Positions 1-8,898 of a stretch of DNA of 32,000 nucleotides are shown here, piece by piece. How positions within the stretch are numbered: the stretch's first letter is position 1; the number at the start of each line of letters is the position of its first letter. The position numbers and the translations under genes are program-made. The stretch comes from Candidatus Nanoarchaeia archaeon (GTDB lineage Archaea; Nanobdellota; Nanobdellia; Woesearchaeales; JANQNC01), in assembly GCA_028279745.1 (NCBI GenBank), contig JANQNC010000001.1, positions 360,001 to 392,000 on the forward strand, written 5' to 3'. Under the pieces are notes generated by a model, which saw only the letters and a list, made by a program, of their open reading frames with translations, was not told where the DNA came from and searched no databases.

Positions 1-42
1 AAAAAGGCTAAAAAGAAAAAAGCTAAGAAAAAGAAACGATAA
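1..42 (+). CDS. 3' end of a CDS entering from upstream (Lys/Ala-rich basic tail ...KKAKKKKAKKKKR*)
   Basis: Frame 1 is open from the window edge to TAA at 40-42. Only 13 codons are visible, so the product cannot be called. Confidence 0.25.
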   Translation, partial: KKAKKKKAKKKKR

Positions 43-68
43 GATAAAATAGGTGAGGGGTGTTTTAG

Positions 69-170
69 ATGTATGAAGACCTAGAAGAAGAGGAAGAAAC
101 TCTCGATGAAGAGATGGAAGTTGCTGATCTAGACGGCTATGATGATGACGATATGGACCAAGACATTTAA
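69..170 (+). CDS. 33-aa extremely acidic mini-protein (MYEDLEEEEETLDEEMEVADLDGYDDDDMDQDI)
   Basis: ATG at 69 lies 8 nt after a GGTGAGGGG Shine-Dalgarno-like run (52-60). Below the ORF-track size cutoff. No family recognised. Confidence 0.3.
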   Translation: MYEDLEEEEETLDEEMEVADLDGYDDDDMDQDI

Positions 171-188
171 ATTTTTTTTATAATTTTT

Positions 189-830
189 TTAATTGATAAT
201 TTTTTCTATGAATTCAAACTGATCTTTAAAGATATGAGCAGAAACAGAGAATACAGTCAAAGCACCAACAGACACATTAAGCTTTTTACTGATGTAATCC
301 TGCAAAACATGCAACTGGTAAACATTTGCAGGCCAGCCAAAGAAAATATCATTACTTCTGATAAAACCAGTCATGCACAACTTACCGTCGTGAATAATGA
401 AATCCAACCCAACCAATCCTGGAACTTCTTTGCTTCCCGCAGTGTCTTCATCAGGGTTCCATAAACTAATGTAAGCTCTTCTAGAAGAAGGGCTATTCTT
501 AAGTAAAGGAATAACATACTCGTTTATCTGATCGATGTTCTTGTTGAAGTTAAACATCCTTGAACCATAACTATAAGCATAATCAAGACTTAATTTTGAG
601 GAAAGCATTATGTTTGCAATCTCATCTAATTTAGGATAGCTCCAAGTTTGGAATGAGTTCAACAGATCAATCGGCGCAGTCACTTCCTTTTCAGGATTTT
701 TTATCTCAATCACAAGATTAAGCAGTTGTCTGCAAGTCCTGCCGTTCTGATCAACAAAGTCTGTTCCTTCTTCAAGTATCAGCCTTAATGATTTTTTCCA
801 AGCATTCAAAGTTAATTCTTCACTGATCAT
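189..830 (-). CDS. Thymidylate synthase (ThyA)-fold protein, short archaeal type; nucleophile Cys apparently absent
   Basis: 213 aa. By-eye alignment to the ThyA core: SRRAYISLWNP (cf. SRRIIVSAWN) and GKLCMTGFIRSNDIFFGWPANV (cf. [22 protein letters not shown]). ATGA overlap with the upstream gene. Confidence 0.8.
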   Translation of the reverse strand: MISEELTLNAWKKSLRLILEEGTDFVDQNGRTCRQLLNLVIEIKNPEKEVTAPIDLLNSFQTWSYPKLDEIANIMLSSKLSLDYAYSYGSRMFNFNKNIDQINEYVIPLLKNSPSSRRAYISLWNPDEDTAGSKEVPGLVGLDFIIHDGKLCMTGFIRSNDIFFGWPANVYQLHVLQDYISKKLNVSVGALTVFSVSAHIFKDQFEFIEKIIN

Positions 831-2485
831 TTTTTACCACCCAAGAAAGCATCCAATCTTAAATTAACTCCTTCTGCTTTCTTAAATCTATAAACAAAGA
901 ATGGGAGCTTGTAAGAAGATAACAGCAAAATCCACTCCCTTGCAATCTCCTGCGTGTCTAGAATCCCGTGCCTTACAAACTCAACCATAACACTACCTTC
1001 AAGAACATCTGACTTTCTTTCGCAAATGTTAAGTTTCTTTTTTACCTTGGTGCTTTGCAAGTTTTCATCCTGCCTGACAATCTGATTTTCAGACTCAGAA
1101 TTTATAGAAGATGTGACCGCAACCTTAAAACGAGTAGGCATACCGCAACTTTTGTATATTGTTTCTTCAGAAAACGTAAATGCTGAAACCTTTTCCTCAA
1201 CTTTCCTTAAAAGATCAATTGTGAAATCAACACCAAACTTTTCAGTCAAGAAACCATAATTCCAAAACCTAAGATAGTTTCGACTAAGCATAAATACTTG
1301 CTGAGTGTAAGGTTCATTTAGGTTAACCAAATAATCAAAGAATTCTGCTGCCTTCCTCCGGTGGATAGAGTTAGCTGAAAGCAACGATTCTGCACAATTT
1401 ATCACAAACCTTTCAAAAGAATCACCAGAAAAACCATATCTATCATAGTACTTCTTGACATCAACACTTAAAGAGGATTGCCCGCAACTTAAGGAAGATA
1501 CTTTACCTTGAACATTCTTTGAATAATCTTTCCATTCCGCACCGTTAAAACAATAAAGACCACCTTTGCCAAAACAGTAAGGGCTCTTAGCAAGAGACTT
1601 GTTCTTAATAAAAAGTGCGACACCGTTTTGAGATAGAATGCTGATAATAGTCTCAAATAAGGATGAGTCTGCACGGATCGATTTAGGACCCATCTCAAAA
1701 ATAATATTTAAGTTAACATACTTATTTGAAGCAAAAGATTTGACAAAAGATACCAGCTTATCTTCATCCACATCATCAACATCGATGTTAAAAGAGATTC
1801 TCTTGCCAAAATCCCTGCAGTCATCATCAAGCTTGTTAAGATAAGAAGATAATTCATCTGCAGAAGTGTCTATGAAAACTTCAAAATTGTTTATACCAAT
1901 ACAATCATTAACAAGATTAAAACTGTTATTTATTATACCAAACAGCTTTTCAACATTATTGATAACTTTACACTCACAGAAAAGACAGTTTAACCTATCT
2001 ATCCAGGTTGGCTCTTCTACCTTACTCACAATACCCAAATTTTCATAACCTTCGGTAGGCATCGCAGGAGTTCTAGGTTTTGAGATAGTAATCTGTCTTT
2101 TTTTGTACTTTTCAACAACCAATTCTTCACCTTCTTCCAAAGAAAGTGTAAAAAACTTCTCACCCTTACTGCCTTCCTTAACAAGTTTCAGAACACCTTC
2201 CTTAACAAGTTTAGTAAGATAATATAGTAGTTTCCTATGTAGTTTTGCCTTATCTCGTTTAGCTTTTTTTATGGATTCTTTAGTAGAATGAGCGTCTTTT
2301 AGTATAGATTCTATACTCTCATATGTTTCAGGATCCACAGATCTAACTATTTCAGTCGTTGAAAAGACCGCACTTGGGTCTTTCTTGTATAACAGCAGAA
2401 TTCGCTGCTCTGACGGGTTCATAAAGGTCATATGGGTAAGGGAGTATATAAACCTTTCTTTTGTTTCAGGAAAACCCTGAACCAT
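827..2485 (-). CDS. Hypothetical 552-aa protein; N-terminal segment possibly winged-helix-like
   Basis: Long uninterrupted ORF with a 4-nt overlap onto the ThyA-like gene. No catalytic motif recognised. The N-terminal ~110 aa (…LHRKLLYYLTKLVKEGVLKLVKEGSKGEKFFTL) resembles a wHTH wing region. Confidence 0.6.
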   Translation of the reverse strand: MVQGFPETKERFIYSLTHMTFMNPSEQRILLLYKKDPSAVFSTTEIVRSVDPETYESIESILKDAHSTKESIKKAKRDKAKLHRKLLYYLTKLVKEGVLKLVKEGSKGEKFFTLSLEEGEELVVEKYKKRQITISKPRTPAMPTEGYENLGIVSKVEEPTWIDRLNCLFCECKVINNVEKLFGIINNSFNLVNDCIGINNFEVFIDTSADELSSYLNKLDDDCRDFGKRISFNIDVDDVDEDKLVSFVKSFASNKYVNLNIIFEMGPKSIRADSSLFETIISILSQNGVALFIKNKSLAKSPYCFGKGGLYCFNGAEWKDYSKNVQGKVSSLSCGQSSLSVDVKKYYDRYGFSGDSFERFVINCAESLLSANSIHRRKAAEFFDYLVNLNEPYTQQVFMLSRNYLRFWNYGFLTEKFGVDFTIDLLRKVEEKVSAFTFSEETIYKSCGMPTRFKVAVTSSINSESENQIVRQDENLQSTKVKKKLNICERKSDVLEGSVMVEFVRHGILDTQEIAREWILLLSSYKLPFFVYRFKKAEGVNLRLDAFLGGKK

Positions 2486-2721
2486 TCAGGATTTGGCATG
2501 AAACAAAGTTTAATAATAAGCTTATCTTATTCGATATAGGCAGAATGAGAGTTTTTCAGGAATAATCTGAAATAAGCGCCGGCTTTAGCAAATTTAGGTT
2601 ATGAGAAATGAGACAAAGAAAAGAAAAATCAACTAAATTCTTCGATGCAATCGCAGGAGAAACTGAAGAGAAAAAGAAGTGGAAAAAGACAGATAAGTGG
2701 AAAGAACAGTGGTTCTAGAAA

Positions 2722-3474
2722 CTAATCGTGATGTTCTTCTTGAGATTCTTCTTCTGGTTTAATCAGGTGTTTATACTTATTCTTTAGAGATTTAGGTTCG
2801 TTATGTGCTTCGACAAGCATCTCTTTCATCTCTTCAAAGCTTAATCTCTTTACCTTATTCTCATCAAACTTAAGATCTGCCTTTTCCTTAGCAGCCTTAA
2901 CCAAGTGAGCAGCAAGATCTTCCTGTTCAGATTCAGGAATCTCGCTAAGGTGCTTTGATGTTTGATGGTGATATGTTCCTCTAGAAATGTTTTGGAATGG
3001 CTCATTCAATACCTCTTTAGTAAATCCTTTCTCTTTACCAGTGTGTTTAAGCTGATGGAAATTCACACCATACAACCTTAGTGTCTCTCTTGAAAACGCA
3101 AGATGATCTTTTTCTTCTTTGCTCAGTTCTTCGCCTCGGTTCTTTTTGTTCACAATGTCTTCGTACATCTTTCCCTGAAGACCAGAAACCTCATGTAAAA
3201 CGTGAACCCCAAACCTATCAACTAACCTTTCAGCCTCGTTATCATCTTCTATCTTATAATCATTGATAAGCTTGAGAAATTCTTTGTCTGATTTATCTCT
3301 CAAATTTCCGTCAGTTTTTGACTCTGCCAACTCATAGAAATGTCTTCCCCTAATTGATTCCAGCTCGTTAATAAGTTCACCCGTCCTATCCCTATATTTA
3401 TGATCGCCTGCTTTTTTAGCAAGCTTAGAATATTTATGATCATCTAGTCTCTCTTCAACACCTTCATCAGTCAT
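2722..3474 (-). CDS. Hypothetical 250-aa highly charged (K/E/H-rich) protein
   Basis: Uninterrupted ORF with codon usage like its neighbours. No motif recognised. Confidence 0.55.
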   Translation of the reverse strand: MTDEGVEERLDDHKYSKLAKKAGDHKYRDRTGELINELESIRGRHFYELAESKTDGNLRDKSDKEFLKLINDYKIEDDNEAERLVDRFGVHVLHEVSGLQGKMYEDIVNKKNRGEELSKEEKDHLAFSRETLRLYGVNFHQLKHTGKEKGFTKEVLNEPFQNISRGTYHHQTSKHLSEIPESEQEDLAAHLVKAAKEKADLKFDENKVKRLSFEEMKEMLVEAHNEPKSLKNKYKHLIKPEEESQEEHHD

Positions 3475-3623
3475 GTAATAATTCCCAACTTTTCTATATA
3501 TAAATGTTTCGTTGACAAAGATGTCCCACTAACTATGTTTTAATGCCAATAGTCTTTATAAATAAAAATGGACCCTTTGTCTCTGTAAAATTAAAATATC
3601 ACAATCGATAAGGAGATGATAAA

Positions 3624-5492
3624 ATGGCAGCAAAAAAGAAAGCGAAAAAATCAAGCAAGAAAGAAAAGAAAGAGTTAACAGAACAAGAGAAACAAGAAAA
3701 AGAGATGATGGATAAGCTTCCACCAGAAGCAAAAGAAAAATTACTAAAAATCAAGAAAAAATTAGAAAAATTCCAAGAAAAGGTAATGGAAAAATTTGAA
3801 GAGTACGTTATTGGGATCTCATTACTCCCACCACAAGAAGGAAAGGAAGTCAAAAAAGAAGACAAAGACAAGATTAATGTAATAATTCTGATAGATGACT
3901 CAGACAGCCAAAAGATGAGCAAGTATGAGCTGAAAGAGAAGTTATCAGCTATAATGGCATCAATCGCAAAAGAGATTGATGAGAATATACAAACACAAAC
4001 AATAATCCTATCAGAATTGTGGCAGAACTGCTATGACAGCCAATATGACTTATTGCAAATGATTGCTGTTTCAGCGCCAATCTTTGACAAAGGAATGATG
4101 CAAGCATGCAAGATAGCAGAAATCCACAAGAACATGACACTAAAGAAGTTTGAAAAGTACATCGTAAGTTATGTTCTATTCGGTTCATTAGTAAGAGGAG
4201 AAGCAACTCCCGAGTCAGACATAGACGTTGCAATCATAATTGATGATACTGATGTCAAAAAGATGACTCGAGCTGAATTGAAAGACAGACTGAGGTCAAT
4301 AATAATCGGCATGGGTGTTGAGGCTGGACAGATGACTGGAATCAAAAATAAGCTGAACATCCAAGTATATATCTTGACAGACTTCTGGGACTCAGTAAAA
4401 GAAGCAAACCCTGTAATCTTTACAATACTGAGAGATGGAATTCCATTCTACGACAGAGGAGTATTTATGCCATGGAAACAGTTGTTGCGTATGGGAAAAA
4501 TAAAACCCTCCGCAGAAGCGATAGACATGTTTATGAACACAGGAGAAGAGATGCTGAAAAGAGTACAAGGGAAATTAAACGAGATAGGAATGGAAGATGT
4601 GTTTTGGAGTATTTTGACACCATCACAAGCAGCACTGATGATGAACGGGATAGCTCCACCAACACCAAGAGAAACCCCTAAACTTCTTCGTGAAGTGTTT
4701 GTAAAGAAAGAAAAAATATTTGACGACAAACACGTAAAATTCCTCGAAGAAGTGATCAAGCTAAGAAAAGAGTTAGAGTATGCTACAGAACAAGGAAAAG
4801 AGCTGAAAGTTTCAGGAGAAAAAATAGACCATCTCCTATCAAACTCAAGAACATACCTTGATGAAATAAAGAAACTATTCACAAAGATAGAAGAGAAACG
4901 ATCTGAACAAGATGTCTTACACATCTACGAAAATACAGTAACCATCATAAGAGACATAATGAGACTGGAAAACGTAGAAAGGATGAAAGATGAAGACGAG
5001 ATCAGGCTTTTCAAGAGTGAAGTTGTAAACAAAGGACTTATCCCTGAAAAGTACTTCAGGATGTTAAACGAGATCGTGAAAGCAAAAGCAGACTTTGATG
5101 CAGGCAAACTAACAAAGCCAGAAGTAGAAAAAGTCAAGAAACAGTCTGGAGAGTTCATGAGATTTATGATTGAGTACTTGCAACGGAAAAGAGGAAGGGA
5201 ATTGGAAAGAACTAAGATCCGAGTTAAACATGGAGAAAAACATGGCGAGGTCATCTTGTTGGGGAAAACAGCATTCATCATCCACGACATAGACCAAGAA
5301 GAAAAAACCATGAGCAAAGCTCCAATCAACGAAGATGGAAGTCTAGGAACTCCAGAAAATGCAACACTTGAGGAATTAGAGAAAGCATTAGCAACAGTAG
5401 AGATTCCAGAAAGGGCTTACATCAAACAACCAATCTTTAATGACTTAAAGAGATTGTTCGGTAAAGACGTTGAAGTTCTAGTTCAATACTAG
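3624..5492 (+). CDS. Pol-beta-superfamily nucleotidyltransferase domain protein with two NTase-like modules and helical C-terminal region
   Basis: Classic minimal-NTase signature FGSLVRGEATPESDIDVAIIIDD, plus an upstream degenerate copy (VIGISLL…INVIILIDDSD). Both are followed by ...M[ST][KR]xELK[ED][KR]L... The N-terminus is K/E-rich. AAGGAG lies 8 nt upstream of the ATG. Confidence 0.75.
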   Translation: MAAKKKAKKSSKKEKKELTEQEKQEKEMMDKLPPEAKEKLLKIKKKLEKFQEKVMEKFEEYVIGISLLPPQEGKEVKKEDKDKINVIILIDDSDSQKMSKYELKEKLSAIMASIAKEIDENIQTQTIILSELWQNCYDSQYDLLQMIAVSAPIFDKGMMQACKIAEIHKNMTLKKFEKYIVSYVLFGSLVRGEATPESDIDVAIIIDDTDVKKMTRAELKDRLRSIIIGMGVEAGQMTGIKNKLNIQVYILTDFWDSVKEANPVIFTILRDGIPFYDRGVFMPWKQLLRMGKIKPSAEAIDMFMNTGEEMLKRVQGKLNEIGMEDVFWSILTPSQAALMMNGIAPPTPRETPKLLREVFVKKEKIFDDKHVKFLEEVIKLRKELEYATEQGKELKVSGEKIDHLLSNSRTYLDEIKKLFTKIEEKRSEQDVLHIYENTVTIIRDIMRLENVERMKDEDEIRLFKSEVVNKGLIPEKYFRMLNEIVKAKADFDAGKLTKPEVEKVKKQSGEFMRFMIEYLQRKRGRELERTKIRVKHGEKHGEVILLGKTAFIIHDIDQEEKTMSKAPINEDGSLGTPENATLEELEKALATVEIPERAYIKQPIFNDLKRLFGKDVEVLVQY

Positions 5493-6124
5493 AATTTTAT
5501 TTTATTTTTTTCTAAATAGTTTTCAAATATTTCTTTTAATTGTGTTTTTAGTTCTTCGGGTGCATCTTTACCTATGCTTTTAGAATCGATCAAATGAGCA
5601 TGCACTTCATCATCCAAAACATCTTCGTGATATCCTGCTAAAGGTCTTAGTTCTTCTTTTATCTTGGTTGTGTCAAACTTAGAAAGTATATTTGTTACTT
5701 CTTTCCTGTAATCTTCATCAACATAAAAAAGACCGTGAGCAATCTCATGTCTTAAAAGCTTTGAAGTGTCTTCCATGTCTTTATGTATGCTAATGACATA
5801 AAATTTATCATTTTCATATTTGAATAATTCAAGAACCTGCTTCTCTTGATCTGAAAGAGGATCAAATCTTCCATCATAAAAAGGTTCAAGCACATACGAA
5901 GGCATGTTGAAACCGTTCCAATCCACATAATAGGAGAAACTGCCTTTGGCTTTTGAGTACCATTCTTTGTATTCTTCTAACGTAAACACTTTATTTCTGA
6001 ACTCAGGAGACTCATAATACTCCTGAAATCTTAACAAAGTAGAAGTTATTTCAAGTTGGTTATCAAATTCTAAAAGAAAAATGTTTTCAGAAATCTTTTT
6101 CTTAACAATATTCAAACAAATCAC
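5489..6124 (-). CDS. Hypothetical protein with HExxH zinc-metallopeptidase-like motif
   Basis: 211 aa with LLRHEIAHGLFY (HEIAH). ATGA-type 4-nt overlap with the upstream exchanger gene. Confidence 0.55.
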   Translation of the reverse strand: MICLNIVKKKISENIFLLEFDNQLEITSTLLRFQEYYESPEFRNKVFTLEEYKEWYSKAKGSFSYYVDWNGFNMPSYVLEPFYDGRFDPLSDQEKQVLELFKYENDKFYVISIHKDMEDTSKLLRHEIAHGLFYVDEDYRKEVTNILSKFDTTKIKEELRPLAGYHEDVLDDEVHAHLIDSKSIGKDAPEELKTQLKEIFENYLEKNKIKF

Positions 6125-7086
6125 CTAAAATAAACAATCTTGATTATAACAAAAATTATGTATAAAGCAATCAGGACAAGTGATTTTGGCTTGTTTATCT
6201 CTAACTTCTTTCCAAACAACAATAATGCTATAATGCTTGATACAAACCAGAACGGCAAGTCAAAGAACAATATCGAGTTATCAACTGCAAAGCCAGCAAT
6301 CATAGCACCAATACCTGTTGACATTAAAGGATCGGTAATGTTAGACCCGATCAAAGTTCCCGCACTAACATCTTTAGCACCCCTCATTATACCAACAATA
6401 GCTGTAGAGAATTCAGGTAATGCTGTTGAAACACCTATGATCAAAACACCAATAAACGATTCAGAAACACCCCAAACATCTGCAAGAATCAAAGCTTTAT
6501 CAACAACAACATGAGACGCATAGGTGATAATAACAAAACCAACAAGCATATAGATAAAATAAACTGGAATGCTGGAATGAGTTCCGTTAACTTTCATCTC
6601 ATCCTTCATCTTACCAAGAACGTGTTCATCTTTACTAATGTAAAATAAGTATCCAATATAGATAACCAACATCAACAAACCTTCAACAACAGAAATATAA
6701 CCATCAATACCAGTCAAGAACAAAAGCATGATTGAAAACAAAACCATAAACCCATCTCTAATTCTTGTCTTTTGAGTTATCTTTAATGTTCCAAGAAAAG
6801 CCACCAAACCTAAAAGCATAGTTATCTGGAAAATATCTGAACCAATATTTGTACCAATCGCAATACCTGAAGCTTCCGCATTACCTAATGCTACCCTAAT
6901 ACCTGAAAAAACATTAGTCATAATCTCAGGTAATGAAGTACCGATCGCAATAACTGTAAGCCCAACCAAGATCTGAGAAACTTTCAACAAAGCCGCAACC
7001 CTTTTTGCAGACTCAACAATAAGATTTGCACCTAACCAAACCCCCACAAGTCCTAAAAACAAGTACAAAAAAGTTAAATCAGCCAT
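6121..7086 (-). CDS. Ca2+/cation antiporter (CaCA / NCX_Mj-YrbG-like sodium/calcium exchanger)
   Basis: 321 aa, about 10 hydrophobic segments. Two alpha-repeat signatures: AIGTSLPEIMTNV and GVSTALPEFSTAIVG. Confidence 0.85.
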   Translation of the reverse strand: MADLTFLYLFLGLVGVWLGANLIVESAKRVAALLKVSQILVGLTVIAIGTSLPEIMTNVFSGIRVALGNAEASGIAIGTNIGSDIFQITMLLGLVAFLGTLKITQKTRIRDGFMVLFSIMLLFLTGIDGYISVVEGLLMLVIYIGYLFYISKDEHVLGKMKDEMKVNGTHSSIPVYFIYMLVGFVIITYASHVVVDKALILADVWGVSESFIGVLIIGVSTALPEFSTAIVGIMRGAKDVSAGTLIGSNITDPLMSTGIGAMIAGFAVDNSILFFDLPFWFVSSIIALLLFGKKLEINKPKSLVLIALYIIFVIIKIVYFR

Positions 7087-7219
7087 TGTGGATAAAAATT
7101 TGTTTGCAAGTTTAAAAAAGTACTGATTTTTTTTGTTTTAACTACCGTCCAAAAGCGAACATAACAAACATATAGATAAATTTAAAAGGGAATAAGACTT
7201 ACCAATTACAAAAGGTGGG

Positions 7220-7801
7220 GTGATATACACGTTAAAGACAAACATAAAAGTTTGCGATGCAATGACACGAAAGCCAATTGCAGTTTCTTCAAAAGATTCA
7301 GTTAAGACATGTGTTGAATTAATGAAAAAACACAGCGTAGGGTCATTAGTCGTTAAAGAAAAAGAAAAACTACAAGGGATGATAACTTACAAAGCACTAG
7401 TCCAAAAAGTAATTCTGGACGAGATGAATGTCAACACAACAAAGGCAAAAGATATCATCAAGACAGACTACGTTACAATCACACCAGATGCAGATATCTT
7501 TGACGCAATAACAAAGATGAAAGACCTAGACAAAAGACAGATGCCCGTACTCACAGAAGAGGGTAAACTGGTTGGGTTATTAACACTAAAAGATATTCTA
7601 AAAATAGAACCGCAACTCTTTGACTTGTTAGTTGCAAGAATGGACCTAAGAGAAGAACAATACAAACCAGTCATAAGAGGAAGACAGGCAGAAGGAACCT
7701 GCGACTGTTGCGGGAAACACCACGAAAACCTGGAAGAAGAACATGGGTTACTAGTTTGCGGCAGGTGCAGAACATCAGAAGTTCACCAAAGAATATTCTG
7801 A
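7220..7801 (+). CDS. CBS-pair domain protein with C-terminal Cys4 zinc-ribbon
   Basis: Two CBS-like units (VCDAMTRKPIAVS…, …DYVTITPDADIFDAITKM…PVLTEEGKLVGLLTLKDIL). The C-terminus is CDCCGKHH…VCGRCR. GTG start directly after an AAGGTGGGG run, so the exact start is uncertain. Confidence 0.75.
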   Translation: MIYTLKTNIKVCDAMTRKPIAVSSKDSVKTCVELMKKHSVGSLVVKEKEKLQGMITYKALVQKVILDEMNVNTTKAKDIIKTDYVTITPDADIFDAITKMKDLDKRQMPVLTEEGKLVGLLTLKDILKIEPQLFDLLVARMDLREEQYKPVIRGRQAEGTCDCCGKHHENLEEEHGLLVCGRCRTSEVHQRIF

Positions 7802-7846
7802 AACTAACCGATATGTTTAAATAAGCAAAGTGGTAGTTTTAAGAAC

Positions 7847-8344
7847 ATGGGAACCTTTAATGTAGTGGACAGAATATTAATAAAAAAGTCAGGTGTGTTC
7901 GACCTGGACAAGCTGTATAAGTTTGTTTATGCCTGGTTAGATGAAAGAAAATACTTCTATCACGAAAAAGCATACAAACAAAAAGGAGTTGAGATGGAAC
8001 TAGAGGTAGAAGGAAAAAAGAAAATATCAGGATATACACAATTTATAATCGGACTAGAATTTCAGTTATGGGACATGAAAGATGTTGAAGTCATCAAACA
8101 CGGGAAAAAAGTGAAGATGACCAAAACAAGAATCGAAGTGAGACTTTCAGGCTCCGTAGAGACAGACTATGAAGGAAATTGGAAAGAATCAAAATTCAAA
8201 GAAGCATTAAACAACTTTTACGAAAAGTATATAATAAAGAAAACCCTAGAAGATGAATGGATGTTTGAATTATACAAAGAAGCATACGACCTACAAGAAA
8301 AGATTAAAAAGATAATGGAACAAGAGGCATCTAGAAATGGCTGA
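7847..8344 (+). CDS. Hypothetical 165-aa protein, paralogue A of a tandem pair
   Basis: Shares collinear motifs with the next ORF (F..xxLYxxxxxW…, …MKDxxxV…, …TDYExxW[KE]…). 8-nt overlap with it. Confidence 0.6.
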   Translation: MGTFNVVDRILIKKSGVFDLDKLYKFVYAWLDERKYFYHEKAYKQKGVEMELEVEGKKKISGYTQFIIGLEFQLWDMKDVEVIKHGKKVKMTKTRIEVRLSGSVETDYEGNWKESKFKEALNNFYEKYIIKKTLEDEWMFELYKEAYDLQEKIKKIMEQEASRNG

Positions 8345-8837
8345 AATACGAACAATTGTTGATCACATAACTGCACAATACACTGGAATCTTCAACGTTA
8401 AAGAACTATATGAAACGATGAAGACCTGGGTAGGCGATAAAGGATACAATCATAAAGAGCTCCAAAACTTCGAAACAGTAAAAGAGAAAGGAAAAGAGAT
8501 CTACATCAAGTGTGAACCATACAGAGAAGCGACAGACTACGCAAAATTCGTGATAAGAGTTCAGCTTGACATGAAAGACATCCAACCAGTAGAGATCGAA
8601 AGAGACGGAGTAAGAAAAACAATGCACAAAGGAACCGTTACAATCATTCTAGATGGATTCTTAGTTACAGACTATGAAAACAAATGGGAACAAAAACCAA
8701 TGTACGTATTCATACGGACACTTTATGATAAATTCTTCTTTAAGGTACACACCTCTAAATTTTCCGCTATTGTTAAGGAAAACACAGAGAATCTTATGAC
8801 AACACTCAAGTCATTCTTGAATTTGTATAAGTATTAA
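8337..8837 (+). CDS. Hypothetical 166-aa protein, paralogue B of a tandem pair
   Basis: Same length and motif order as 7847-8344. Start overlaps the upstream stop by 8 nt. Confidence 0.6.
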   Translation: MAEIRTIVDHITAQYTGIFNVKELYETMKTWVGDKGYNHKELQNFETVKEKGKEIYIKCEPYREATDYAKFVIRVQLDMKDIQPVEIERDGVRKTMHKGTVTIILDGFLVTDYENKWEQKPMYVFIRTLYDKFFFKVHTSKFSAIVKENTENLMTTLKSFLNLYKY

Positions 8838-8871
8838 GGTTAACATCTGACCCTATCAGCTGGCACCAGAA

Positions 8872-8898
8872 GCGGGGCGACCTTCGGTAGCCCACTAG
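8872..8898 (+). other. Intergenic stem-loop motif, copy 1 (GGGC-g-ACC-TTC-GGT-a-GCCC + ACTAG)
   Basis: 8875-8878 pairs with 8890-8893, and inner 8880-8882 pairs with 8886-8888. Followed by ACTAGAAACAAAGGA. A second copy with one compensatory pair change lies at 25955-25989. Confidence 0.4.

Noticed and set aside
2048-2058. 11-mer ACCTTCGGTAG identical to the core of the 8872 stem-loop motif
   Set aside because: It lies inside a well-supported minus-strand CDS, and the flanks lack the outer stem and the ACTAG tail. Probably chance.
2608-2718. 36-aa basic mini-ORF (MRQRKEKSTKFFDAIAGETEEKKKWKKTDKWKEQWF) in the 2486-2721 spacer
   Set aside because: No SD or TATA at suitable distance, and A/G-rich sequence readily yields K/E/R frames. 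Not supportable without conservation data.
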